From a virus: a stretch of DNA of 64,000 bases. Below are positions 40,186 to 49,567 of this stretch, piece by piece. How positions within the stretch are numbered: position 1 is the stretch's first letter; the number at the start of each line of letters is the position of its first letter. The stretch is from the UHGV virus genome UHGV-0039337; one strand, written 5' to 3'. The notes beneath the pieces were generated by a model. It made no database searches. It was not told the origin of the DNA and saw nothing but the letters and a program-made list of their open reading frames with translations. The position numbers and the translations under genes were made by a program.

Positions 40186-40350
40186 TTAGTATAATAAATT
40201 AATTCCACTTAAATTACTACCAGTTAAATCACTATTTCTTAAATCACTACCACTTAAATCACTACCACTTAAATCAGCATATTCTCCACCTTTATTATTT
40301 AGCCATAATTTATGATTCTTTAATATTTCATCTAATTTTTTTATTGTCAA
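40186..40350 (-). CDS. 54-aa pentapeptide-repeat mini-protein (TTG start)
   Basis: Minus-strand translation gives LTIKKLDEILKNHKLWLNNKGGEYADLSGSDLSGSDLRNSDLTGSNLSGINLLY. DNA shows the 18-bp direct repeat aaatcactaccacttaaatca. Absent from the ORF track (<60 aa, non-ATG start). Confidence 0.45.
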   Translation of the reverse strand: MTIKKLDEILKNHKLWLNNKGGEYADLSGSDLSGSDLRNSDLTGSNLSGINLLY

Positions 40351-40373
40351 TTCACACCACTACCTTTATGTTA

Positions 40374-40802
40374 CTATTTTTCATTCCATTTCTTAATTTC
40401 TTTTTCCAATTCAATTTCATTCATCATAGCTTGTATAAATTGTCTCCAAGTTAAGTTAAATTTTTTTAAATCCTTATCAACACCATTCATTATTTTAGTA
40501 TATTCTTCTCTTGAATCACATAATATAAGTTTTTTATGCCATTTATTGACTAATTCACAAATGATCATACAATTATATTCTAATTCACAAGCATCTATAC
40601 TTAATCTTTTTTCAATTATGTTAAATACAGTATTTTTATCCTTAATTAACAAACGAGCGGGGATTAATAATTTTTCCCCACAATCTAATTCCACAAATGC
40701 CGATGAAGTTGTCTTATTTATACTTAATATAGTCCCTCTTTTACCACTAATTGTAGTAGAATTTCCCCCTATAATAACTTTATCTCCAACTTTAAAATCC
40801 AC
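40374..40802 (-). CDS. hypothetical protein with N-terminal KVGDKVIIGG SH3-like motif (142 aa)
   Basis: ORF. Confidence 0.45.
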   Translation of the reverse strand: MDFKVGDKVIIGGNSTTISGKRGTILSINKTTSSAFVELDCGEKLLIPARLLIKDKNTVFNIIEKRLSIDACELEYNCMIICELVNKWHKKLILCDSREEYTKIMNGVDKDLKKFNLTWRQFIQAMMNEIELEKEIKKWNEK

Positions 40803-40839
40803 AATTACTAACCTCCTTTATTATACAATTATATTTTTC

Positions 40840-41031
40840 CTAATTATCTAAACTCATCATGAATATACCAAACCAATATATACAGGATACTATCAATAAT
40901 AGCCATAAATACGTAGAAAATGCATTTATATATCCCATAAGATTAAATATTCCCCAAGCCATTCCAGTTATACATACCACGCAAATGATATAAAACAAAC
41001 CACCTGCTTTTATAACATCCCAATCAATCAT
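40840..41031 (-). CDS. small membrane protein (63 aa)
   Basis: Two TM. Confidence 0.4.
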   Translation of the reverse strand: MIDWDVIKAGGLFYIICVVCITGMAWGIFNLMGYINAFSTYLWLLLIVSCIYWFGIFMMSLDN

Positions 41032-41208
41032 ATAATATCTCTCCTATCTATAATTAATTCTATCTCCAACTTCAAAATTCATAATTATTGACCTCCTTTA
41101 CTACTTACTTTAATATTTTATAGCATTTTGTTTATTTATAAAGAAATGTATACCAGTTGAAACCTTTGTATTTCTATAAATACTAACACTTTAATCTTTA
41201 TAAGTAAA

Positions 41209-41442
41209 CTATTGACTAATATTTTTTACTTCCAATAATTCAAAACGTTTAATAACGGGATTGAATTTTAATTTTAGTGATACATTATTTTCAAATATAA
41301 CAGTAATTATATTCTCACCAACTTGTTTAATCTCTTTTATATCAGTAGTTAGATTATAATTAATTGCAAAGAATGTGCTTATGATATTTAAATTGATATT
41401 CTTATCTTTTATATTTTTTAATATATCTGAAATTTCACCCAT
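41209..41442 (-). CDS. hypothetical protein (77 aa)
   Basis: ORF. Confidence 0.4.
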   Translation of the reverse strand: MGEISDILKNIKDKNINLNIISTFFAINYNLTTDIKEIKQVGENIITVIFENNVSLKLKFNPVIKRFELLEVKNISQ

Positions 41443-41487
41443 TACATTGCCTCCTTATTTTATTTTGAACATACCTATATCTCATAT

Positions 41488-42042
41488 TTACATTTTCCAT
41501 TCTTTATTTATTTCATCTTTTATTGTATATATAATTTTTTTCAATAAACCTTCATAATCGTCAATATTTATATAATTTCTAATACCATTCCATTTAGTTT
41601 CTATAGGTTTACATATATATTCATTTATTACAGAAGGTTCAAATTTGCTATCTTTATCGTATAATATATCAAATGATAGTTTATATGATACCTTATTATC
41701 ATCTTTAACAGTTAATACTTTATCTATAGAAATTATCCTTTCATCAGAATGTGTAAGGATATCTTTCTTTTTTATCAAAGAGTCATATATAAGATCTGCA
41801 CTGATATCGTCAGATTCAGTATCGATTGAAACTTTAATTTCTATTCTATATTCATCATATGTTTTCATTGATCTTTCTGTCTTCTTTTTTACTTGATAAC
41901 AACTGACTTCGTATTTGCCATGATCTTTAAGAAAATTCTTATAATCCATAGCTTCTTCTAAAGTATCACAATACTCTCTATATACATAAGCAGATTTTAT
42001 TTCGTAATCTTTATATTGCACAACATAAATTTTATTTTCCAT
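41488..42042 (-). CDS. hypothetical protein (184 aa)
   Basis: ORF. Confidence 0.5.
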   Translation of the reverse strand: MENKIYVVQYKDYEIKSAYVYREYCDTLEEAMDYKNFLKDHGKYEVSCYQVKKKTERSMKTYDEYRIEIKVSIDTESDDISADLIYDSLIKKKDILTHSDERIISIDKVLTVKDDNKVSYKLSFDILYDKDSKFEPSVINEYICKPIETKWNGIRNYINIDDYEGLLKKIIYTIKDEINKEWKM

Positions 42043-42229
42043 AATATCAATCTCCTTTTATTAATTAAAATAAATTTCTATTTATACAATCTATTGCTTC
42101 TATAGCAATATTATTTATTTCTATTTGATCCTTAGCTAATATTGTATTAATCAAATTTATAACTTCTTCATTTTCTTCTAACTCAATGATTGGTCTTTTA
42201 AGATTATAACAAATATGAGAGGATATATT

Positions 42230-42460
42230 TCAAAAGTATTTAATTACCCATAGTAATAGACATGTAGCTAAATAAACAAGTAATGACTGTATATATAAGT
42301 ATATTATGATTGATAGAATTATTGTAATTACATTTGGATCTTTAGTTAGTAACTTTTGTGTTTCATTTGCTATAGGATTATACTCTAGTATCAAGAACAC
42401 TATCATGTATATCTTTAGCAATATCTTCTTCTCATGATAAATAGTCACAAAATCTTTCAT
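42230..42460 (-). CDS. small membrane protein (76 aa)
   Basis: Hydrophobic. Confidence 0.4.
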   Translation of the reverse strand: MKDFVTIYHEKKILLKIYMIVFLILEYNPIANETQKLLTKDPNVITIILSIIIYLYIQSLLVYLATCLLLWVIKYF

Positions 42461-42472
42461 ATTTATATCTCC

Positions 42473-42706
42473 TTAATTTTTTACTTTTCGGTCAGTTACA
42501 TACTCGATTAATTCTACTTCATTACCATCTAAAAAGTGATCGCCATTTATAGTCAATAGTTCTTCTGCAGTATTTAAATCAATTAATTGATCGTATATGT
42601 CAGGAAGTTTATCTGAATCATGAGCTGTGAAATAGACCACCTTGTCTCTATTACGACTAGTAGGTTTTAATTTTACTCTAAATTCACGAATTATCATCAT
42701 TATCAA
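42473..42706 (-). CDS. hypothetical protein (77 aa)
   Basis: ORF. Confidence 0.4.
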   Translation of the reverse strand: MIMMIIREFRVKLKPTSRNRDKVVYFTAHDSDKLPDIYDQLIDLNTAEELLTINGDHFLDGNEVELIEYVTDRKVKN

Positions 42707-42802
42707 TTCACTCCTTATAAATATTAAATTCTATATGATTTTCTTAAATATCTTATAAGATCATTCCTTTAAAATAGGGCTATAAAAAATAGCCCTTTAT
42801 TA

Positions 42803-43564
42803 TCAATCATCTTCTTCAACTTCATATTCAAGCATTGCTTTATATAGTTTTTCAGGTATTATATCTCTATATTGATTAGCAACTTCTTTAATATATTTTT
42901 CTTTGAAATTTTTATAAACTTGAAATGCTTCTTCTGGTGTGTTATAGTATCCTAAAAAATTTTGCTTTTTGTCAGTATTACAATAAGCTTTATATTTTTT
43001 ACTTGATTTATTATAAGATACTCCAACTGGAAAATTACCTCTATCATTATTGCGTTTTGTAAATAATTTATTTATATTTTGAGGTACAAATATACAAGTA
43101 TCAGGACTGTATATTTTATTTCCTTTTATTAATATATCTTTGTCAAGATTCATTATTTGTTCTTCTATCTCATAATAATTATCTTCAAACCATTCAGCGA
43201 AATTTTGAAAATTATGCCATGGTTCATATACTTCACATTGTTCGTATGTTGGATGCTTTTGTATATATTTAGGATCATAACATCTACACAACATTCTATT
43301 CCATATGTCATAATGTTTTGTGTGTTTTCCATTTATTGATACATTGTATCTTCCTTCACCTATATAACCGGTGTTAAAAATTGTTTTTTCATAAGGACAT
43401 TTTACTCTACCGTTTATGAAATTAATATATTGCACATGTTCTTTTGTCCAGTCATATTCAGGGAAATATACATCAATATCATTATATTTTCTGTAATCGA
43501 TTATAATAATTTCATTACCAAAATTATTATGATTTATTGCGCCTATAATATTTTCTTTATCCAT
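42803..43564 (-). CDS. AP2-domain-containing homing-endonuclease-like protein (HNH/NUMOD-type phage endonuclease family)
   Basis: C-terminal AP2-like DNA-binding block GVSYNKSSKKYKAYCNTDKKQNFLGYYNTPEEAFQVYKNFKEKY. Confidence 0.5.
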   Translation of the reverse strand: MDKENIIGAINHNNFGNEIIIIDYRKYNDIDVYFPEYDWTKEHVQYINFINGRVKCPYEKTIFNTGYIGEGRYNVSINGKHTKHYDIWNRMLCRCYDPKYIQKHPTYEQCEVYEPWHNFQNFAEWFEDNYYEIEEQIMNLDKDILIKGNKIYSPDTCIFVPQNINKLFTKRNNDRGNFPVGVSYNKSSKKYKAYCNTDKKQNFLGYYNTPEEAFQVYKNFKEKYIKEVANQYRDIIPEKLYKAMLEYEVEEDD

Positions 43565-44675
43565 TTGCTTTATCCTTTTCTTTTTTTCTATATTCTTTTA
43601 TTAAATTTTTTGTATAATTAAATAGACTATTTGGATCTTTTCTTTGATATTCTACACGTGTCCATTCCATAGGTGTTCTTGAATAATAGTCTCCATATCC
43701 TCCTGGTGCAACATGACCATTGTAAACTCCCATGCCTATTTCTGTACCATAATATAAACATATGTCACTATCATCAAAAGAAAATAACATTTCTAATGCT
43801 TTTTTAACTCTATAAATATCATGATTAAGTGATACTGCTATTCTTGTTTGATCATGATTATCCAAGAATACAACATCGTATTTAGGATCGTTTTTGACTG
43901 TTAATGGTTCACCTGTATTTAGTGCATGTTTTATCCAACCTGATTCTTCAAAATTAAATGCTTTTCCTATTGTTCTAGCATATTTATTAGATTCTTCATA
44001 AGTATCCCAACATTCAGCAACTAAATAAGCATCAGGTTTTATTTTATGAACCATATGACTAAACCAGCCCCAAAATTCTATTGGATCACAACCATAACTT
44101 ATATATGGAACTGCGTCTAATCTAAATCCATCTACATTATGTTCTATCCAAAATCTTACGATATTTGTTATCATATTTCTTACTTTTTGACTACTACCAT
44201 TTAAAGCTGGCATACTAGCATCCCATGGAGCATAATAGAATTTACTATTTTCATAACAATATCTCCATTTGTTATCTATTTGAGTGTCGCTCCAAAAATA
44301 ACAATCATTTTCTCCTTTGATGCTCTCTCTGAATAACTTATTATGATAATCAGTATGACATAATACTAAATCAAGAAATATTTCTATATTTTTATTATGT
44401 GCTTTAAATATAAATTTGTCAAAATCTTCCATTGTACCATACTGTTTTTTTACTTGATAATAATTGCTAACATTATATCCATGTTCACTTGGAGAATCAA
44501 AAATAGGAGTTAGCCACAAACTGCTAACTCCTAATTCTTCTATATAATTTAACTTATCTGCTAAGTCTTTAAAGTCTGTACAAAATGCTGGTGTATAAAT
44601 TTCGTATATTATTCTTCGTTTATTATTCAAAGTATCACATCTCCTTTTAATTTTAAATCTTTTGATCAAACTCAA
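43557..44675 (-). CDS. GH13 alpha-amylase family glycoside hydrolase
   Basis: All four GH13 regions: DLVLCH, GFRLDAVPY, AECWD, FLDNHDQTR. N-terminal YEIYTPAF...LGVSSLWLTPIF. Confidence 0.85.
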   Translation of the reverse strand: MSLIKRFKIKRRCDTLNNKRRIIYEIYTPAFCTDFKDLADKLNYIEELGVSSLWLTPIFDSPSEHGYNVSNYYQVKKQYGTMEDFDKFIFKAHNKNIEIFLDLVLCHTDYHNKLFRESIKGENDCYFWSDTQIDNKWRYCYENSKFYYAPWDASMPALNGSSQKVRNMITNIVRFWIEHNVDGFRLDAVPYISYGCDPIEFWGWFSHMVHKIKPDAYLVAECWDTYEESNKYARTIGKAFNFEESGWIKHALNTGEPLTVKNDPKYDVVFLDNHDQTRIAVSLNHDIYRVKKALEMLFSFDDSDICLYYGTEIGMGVYNGHVAPGGYGDYYSRTPMEWTRVEYQRKDPNSLFNYTKNLIKEYRKKEKDKANG

Positions 44676-44907
44676 AACTGTATGAAGATTTTTTACTCTT
44701 TTTAGTTATTTTTTTAGTAGTACTTTCATTTGCTTTATATTCTTCAATGCTTTCATTTACTCCGTTTACAAATGCATTACATGTTGTTTTTCCAGCATCT
44801 TTTGTTATTCCTAAGAATAGTTTTCCAATTTCTATTGTTATGTTACTTAAAGGTAGTATTACATCTTTACAATAACTTTTACATAATTCTTTTTGTAGCT
44901 TGCTCAT
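44653..44907 (-). CDS. hypothetical protein (84 aa)
   Basis: ORF. Confidence 0.4.
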   Translation of the reverse strand: MSKLQKELCKSYCKDVILPLSNITIEIGKLFLGITKDAGKTTCNAFVNGVNESIEEYKANESTTKKITKKSKKSSYSFEFDQKI

Positions 44908-44911
44908 GCAA

Positions 44912-45175
44912 TTATCTCCAATACATTTTTTTAATAGATTTAATTTTTATTTTAGTATCTGGGGCTAATTCGCCCCAATCTATTGCTGGTCTATCTAATT
45001 CTATATCTAATGTTATATATTTTCCCATTGGTGATTCTGTATATGTTATTTTATTGTTTTCTTCATTAAATCCTGCACAGTCCCAATCTTTAGCATAAAA
45101 TATATTGTCTATATCTTCTTCAGATACAAATGTATCTTTGATAGATTCTAATTTATTTAATAATTCTTCGTACAT
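44912..45175 (-). CDS. hypothetical protein (87 aa)
   Basis: ORF. Confidence 0.4.
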   Translation of the reverse strand: MYEELLNKLESIKDTFVSEEDIDNIFYAKDWDCAGFNEENNKITYTESPMGKYITLDIELDRPAIDWGELAPDTKIKIKSIKKMYWR

Positions 45176-45204
45176 AAAAACATCCTCCTTATATTATTTA
45201 AATA

Positions 45205-45603
45205 TTAATTTAGCGTATTAAATGCTATAAGTTCTATTCGTGATGTATAATTATAGTTTTGCTTTCTTATGTCTATTAGATTAACACCCATGTCAAGGCA
45301 ATAATTGTATCTGTTAAAGAATTGTATCTTGTATGGATGATTGCAATCTACTTTTTCGAAGTCGCCTATTTCATCAACTTTACTGTATTCAGTTTTACTA
45401 TGCATATTAGGAATACGAATGCCATACATTTTATTACAATATTCTTTAGCTTCTTTGTAATCGTTAAATAATTTTATTTCATAATCTTCTTGTGGTATCA
45501 TATATCCTGATATATAATTATTAGAACTTAAACTAATCCAATTAGGACGTCCTTCCTCTTCTCTATTTATTCTTTCTATCTCTTCATATTTAACAGTTTT
45601 CAT
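45205..45603 (-). CDS. hypothetical protein (132 aa)
   Basis: ORF. Confidence 0.45.
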   Translation of the reverse strand: MKTVKYEEIERINREEEGRPNWISLSSNNYISGYMIPQEDYEIKLFNDYKEAKEYCNKMYGIRIPNMHSKTEYSKVDEIGDFEKVDCNHPYKIQFFNRYNYCLDMGVNLIDIRKQNYNYTSRIELIAFNTLN

Positions 45604-45635
45604 AAAAAAATACTCTCCTTTTTTTTAATCATGGT

Positions 45636-45794
45636 CTATTTCCATGTTTTTGTTTCTGTATCATATAATAAGCTCATAGGCGCATCATTAATCTCTATTA
45701 AAGCCATAGCTATTTCATTGTATAAATTAAAACTTAGTATTGTAGCTTTCTTTTCTTCACATTGTTCTAGTAAGGTTTTTAGTTCTTCTGACAT
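45636..45794 (-). CDS. small hypothetical protein (start at internal ATG 45794 with GGAGG RBS; the track ORF extends to 45905)
   Basis: MSEELKTLLEQ... preceded by GAGGAGG. Confidence 0.4.
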   Translation of the reverse strand: MSEELKTLLEQCEEKKATILSFNLYNEIAMALIEINDAPMSLLYDTETKTWK

Positions 45795-45901
45795 GTTATT
45801 CCTCCTCTTCTTCACTATCATCATCATTGAAAACACATATATAGCAATCTGATTCTTCACATTCTTCGGTTCTAAATAGACAAGAATAAAAATCCATAAT
45901 A

Positions 45902-46129
45902 TCATCTCCTATTTTTAATATTAAGAACATTTCTTTTTTGTTCTTCAGATAATGATTCATAACATGGTTGTTTATATCCTAATTCTTCTTCTAGACCATT
46001 AATAATATCGTATGCGTCAAATATTATATCTTTTAATATTAACATATTTTTATCTTCTGAGGTTATTATTTTACTAGCTTCTTCATTTGATAATCCATAA
46101 TGTATTAAACAGTCTTTTAACCAATCCAT
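45902..46129 (-). CDS. hypothetical protein (75 aa)
   Basis: ORF. Confidence 0.4.
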   Translation of the reverse strand: MDWLKDCLIHYGLSNEEASKIITSEDKNMLILKDIIFDAYDIINGLEEELGYKQPCYESLSEEQKRNVLNIKNRR

Positions 46130-46198
46130 AATATACCTCCTTAATTTTTATAGCTTTGCAAGAGTTATACATTACAATTATGCAAAGCTATAATTTTC

Positions 46199-46633
46199 TT
46201 AATAAGAAAGATTCTTGAAATTGTTTTCTATTCTTTTCGCTAAGCTTTGTAAATCAGTTTCTTCTTTTTTATTTTTATTTTGTCGCAAGTCTTTATTGTA
46301 ACAAATAATCCAGCTATTTTCTCCATCATAATATTCAACTTCTGTTAATAACACATTATCTTCATATGCCATTTCTTGGTTATATTCAGTTGTATGTGTA
46401 TTAGCTAAACTAACAAATATTATAGCATTATATATTAAGTGTACTTCAATTGTAATTTCAGGATATATATATTCATTATCTATTCCATTAGTATAAAATG
46501 AACGATAGAAAAGTGTCTCTGGATAACCATCATAAAATGAATAATGAATAGTGTTAAATAAACTTTTAATGTTTATTTCTGTAGTATGATGACATAATTC
46601 TTTAAATAGTTCTAATGTATCATATATATTCAT
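46199..46633 (-). CDS. paralogous family member (EINIKSLFNTI N-terminus)
   Basis: LELFKELCHHTTEINIKSLFNTIHY. Confidence 0.55.
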   Translation of the reverse strand: MNIYDTLELFKELCHHTTEINIKSLFNTIHYSFYDGYPETLFYRSFYTNGIDNEYIYPEITIEVHLIYNAIIFVSLANTHTTEYNQEMAYEDNVLLTEVEYYDGENSWIICYNKDLRQNKNKKEETDLQSLAKRIENNFKNLSY

Positions 46634-46687
46634 ATTGTCACCTCAAATAAAATGAGGGCTAAAATTAATTGGCCCTCTTTGTAATAT

Positions 46688-46945
46688 TTATTGCTCAAAT
46701 AGGTCTATTGAGTAATTAGTCTTTTCAAGTTCTTCGAGTGCCGATAAATTAGCTTTTTCAAATATTTCTATTTCGGTACTTCCATGACTTCCACATTCTA
46801 ATGTAACATTAGTATAAAAACCATTATTATCAAGATTAAAATAAAATGTATTATTATCTCTTATAAGATAATAGCAATTACTACCTTGTTTGTATCCTTT
46901 ATTTATTAATAAATATTCTAATCCCATAGTAATGTTGTCCTCCAA
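46688..46945 (-). CDS. hypothetical protein (85 aa)
   Basis: ORF. Confidence 0.4.
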   Translation of the reverse strand: MEDNITMGLEYLLINKGYKQGSNCYYLIRDNNTFYFNLDNNGFYTNVTLECGSHGSTEIEIFEKANLSALEELEKTNYSIDLFEQ

Positions 46946-46966
46946 ATAATTTTACTATTAAAGCGT

Positions 46967-47227
46967 CTACTTATTTTTGTAATCTTGTATTATTTTGAAT
47001 CTTTTATGTTTATCTATTATTTCGTTTTTGTACCAAAAATCTATTATTGCTTCTTCATTATCAATCATAAATGCATAGTCGCATATATCGTAACTACAAT
47101 ATATCTTTTTATATGCTTTACCATTTGGTATATCTTTTGCCTTTCTTACTTTCTTATTGGCACATTTTTTATTGTATTTGTCATTTTTTTCTTTTGCTAC
47201 TAAATTCTTTTTATAACTTCTACTCAT
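46967..47227 (-). CDS. hypothetical basic protein (86 aa)
   Basis: ORF. Confidence 0.4.
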   Translation of the reverse strand: MSRSYKKNLVAKEKNDKYNKKCANKKVRKAKDIPNGKAYKKIYCSYDICDYAFMIDNEEAIIDFWYKNEIIDKHKRFKIIQDYKNK

Positions 47228-47318
47228 AATTTGAGCCTCCTTGTAATAATATTTAATTACAAGGCACTTTTGTAATAATATGTTAACATTATATTTCCTC
47301 CTTACAATTTAAAAATAT

Positions 47319-47723
47319 TTATTCTCTCATAATTTTACGAATAGTTTTTGTATTATTCTTTTCAAATACACTACTAGAATAGTATTTATTAATAAATATT
47401 GCACTTCTTAAACCCTTAGATGTTTTTAACGTTATTTTTGTTATTACAACATTTTCATCATTATGGTAATATTTATTATCAAAGTATTCGAAACAAACAT
47501 CTTTTATATATGGCACAAAATATACTGTATATTCTGTTTGTTCAAATTCAAATATAAGAAAGCCTCCTTTTGTACAAAAATTACTTTCTCCAACAAATGC
47601 TCCATAATCTGCTAACATTTCGCTTTCTTCTGTAATGTTGCTAAGACTATTTTTTAAACTACCAAGATTAATTGGTACGCATTCTTCTGCTAATTGCGTT
47701 AATTCCTCTATTAAATTTTCCAT
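47319..47723 (-). CDS. paralogous family member (PINLGSLKNSL N-terminus)
   Basis: LTQLAEECVPINLGSLKNSL. Confidence 0.55.
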   Translation of the reverse strand: MENLIEELTQLAEECVPINLGSLKNSLSNITEESEMLADYGAFVGESNFCTKGGFLIFEFEQTEYTVYFVPYIKDVCFEYFDNKYYHNDENVVITKITLKTSKGLRSAIFINKYYSSSVFEKNNTKTIRKIMRE

Positions 47724-47776
47724 AACATAACCTCTTTTCTATTAAGTTTTTAAATTTTATAGATTTATTATTGTTT

Positions 47777-48361
47777 TTATTTATTATAACATTCGTTGCA
47801 TATAATGTGTAAATTATCATCAGTGAAATAATATTTATCATTATCATATATAGGTTTATAACATCTGTAACATTCGCCTACTTGTTCGTGACAACCACAC
47901 CAATATTCTAAACCCATTCCATCACTTATATCTGTCATTTCACTTTTTAATTTAAGTTTGCCACATTTACTACATCTATCATATTTTTTTCTTTCTGTTT
48001 CTTCTTTTTCATATTTTTGTTTATTTTTTTCATATGAAGCTATTAACTTTTTGTTATTTGTATTATATAAACATTCTTCATTACAATATGCACCAGAATT
48101 AGTAACGATTACATCATCTGGTATTGGTGAATTGTAATAGAATAATTGTTTACCACAATATTCACAATAATAAGTTTTACTATAATACTTTTGTTTATTG
48201 TTACTACATCCAGTATTAAAACTAGAACATACTATTAATAGTGCTATAATTATACCTTTCATTTTTATCACCTCTTCTTTTGTTAATTTAATTGTATTAC
48301 CATGCTTTGGGTAATGATAAAATCTATTCAATTCTATTTTTTCTCCATCTGGTGTTATCAT
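47777..48361 (-). CDS. Cys-rich putative lipoprotein (194 aa)
   Basis: Signal peptide with lipobox-like LIVCSSFNTGCS; multiple CxxC pairs. Confidence 0.5.
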   Translation of the reverse strand: MITPDGEKIELNRFYHYPKHGNTIKLTKEEVIKMKGIIIALLIVCSSFNTGCSNNKQKYYSKTYYCEYCGKQLFYYNSPIPDDVIVTNSGAYCNEECLYNTNNKKLIASYEKNKQKYEKEETERKKYDRCSKCGKLKLKSEMTDISDGMGLEYWCGCHEQVGECYRCYKPIYDNDKYYFTDDNLHIICNECYNK

Positions 48362-48403
48362 ATAATAGAATGCTTCACAATCAAAATCCTCTCAAATGAT
48401 ATT

Positions 48404-48670
48404 TTATTCAGAGGTGATTTCAGTTATTGTATACCATTCGATCAACTCTCTTTTAATACCCATAAAACCAAACACTATTATGTCTTCTTTGTTTTCTATC
48501 CTTTGAGTTATAACTTCAGGCATGTCTATTACTTGGTTTCCTTCTATTTTAATATATTCTCCAGTTGTTAACTTTACCGTTAATATATATTCTTTAGTGT
48601 TTTTATATTCGTATTCTTCCATATTATTTCTCCTAATAATAAATTTTATTTTCTTTAACAATATCAACAT
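48404..48670 (-). CDS. hypothetical protein (88 aa)
   Basis: ORF. Confidence 0.4.
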   Translation of the reverse strand: MLILLKKIKFIIRRNNMEEYEYKNTKEYILTVKLTTGEYIKIEGNQVIDMPEVITQRIENKEDIIVFGFMGIKRELIEWYTITEITSE

Positions 48671-49070
48671 TTTCTATAATACTATAATCTTTTGTTTTTC
48701 TTTTATCAATTTTCCAATTGATATAATAAATATTATTATAATATATACAATCAAATAATCCACATGCTATTCTGATAATATATATATTATCGTTATCGTC
48801 TATTTTTAAATCTTTTTTATTGAATGCTACAAAATATAGTGTATATATTATATCTTCGTCATTTTCATCTCTAAAGTCTATCCATCCTCTAACACTTTTA
48901 TTTTTATCAAGTGTATAATTAGGATATTCTATTTCTTCATATTGTTTTGATTTTTTATCTAAATTTACACTATTAATCAGGCTGCCTAAATTAATAGGAG
49001 TCTGGTTAGCAGCTAATTCAATTAAGTATTCTAACATTTTAAATGTTGTTTCTTTATTTTTCATACACAA
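48633..49070 (-). CDS. paralogous family member (PINLGSLINSV N-terminus)
   Basis: LEYLIELAANQTPINLGSLINSV. Confidence 0.55.
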   Translation of the reverse strand: MCMKNKETTFKMLEYLIELAANQTPINLGSLINSVNLDKKSKQYEEIEYPNYTLDKNKSVRGWIDFRDENDEDIIYTLYFVAFNKKDLKIDDNDNIYIIRIACGLFDCIYYNNIYYINWKIDKRKTKDYSIIENVDIVKENKIYY

Positions 49071-49156
49071 AATTCTCCTTAAAAATAAAGTAATAAAAAA
49101 TGCCTCTTAAAAGCTATATATAGAAGAGACATTAATTTATTATAAGTATTGTATTT

Positions 49157-49519
49157 TTATACATCATACAATAATTGCATACCTATATATATAAATAAGC
49201 ATGAACAACGTTTTAGTAATCCATTATATGATTGTATTTCATTTATTTTGCATTCTGCTTCGCAAGAGTATCCTGATTTATTAGTGCAATAATTATTTTC
49301 TAATATTTCTTTCTGTTTATTTATATACATAATAATTTCTTCATTATTTCCTAATAATTTAGTAGCTAAATAAAGCGCATCACATGGCATACTAATGTTA
49401 TATTTTTCTTGATTTTTTTTTATTTTACAATTTCTACAAGGTGTATTGTGATTGCATAACGTAGCATAGAATTCCTGTAATTCTTTATATAAGATATTAG
49501 CAAGTTCTTTTTCGGACAT
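49157..49519 (-). CDS. Cys-rich small protein, member of a three-copy family
   Basis: C..TPCRNCKIKKNQEKYNIS..CDALYLATKLLG aligns with 50113 and 50529. Confidence 0.5.
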   Translation of the reverse strand: MSEKELANILYKELQEFYATLCNHNTPCRNCKIKKNQEKYNISMPCDALYLATKLLGNNEEIIMYINKQKEILENNYCTNKSGYSCEAECKINEIQSYNGLLKRCSCLFIYIGMQLLYDV

Positions 49520-49567
49520 GTTAAAACTCCTTTCAATATATTTTCTATTTTAGTTTAATAATATTAA

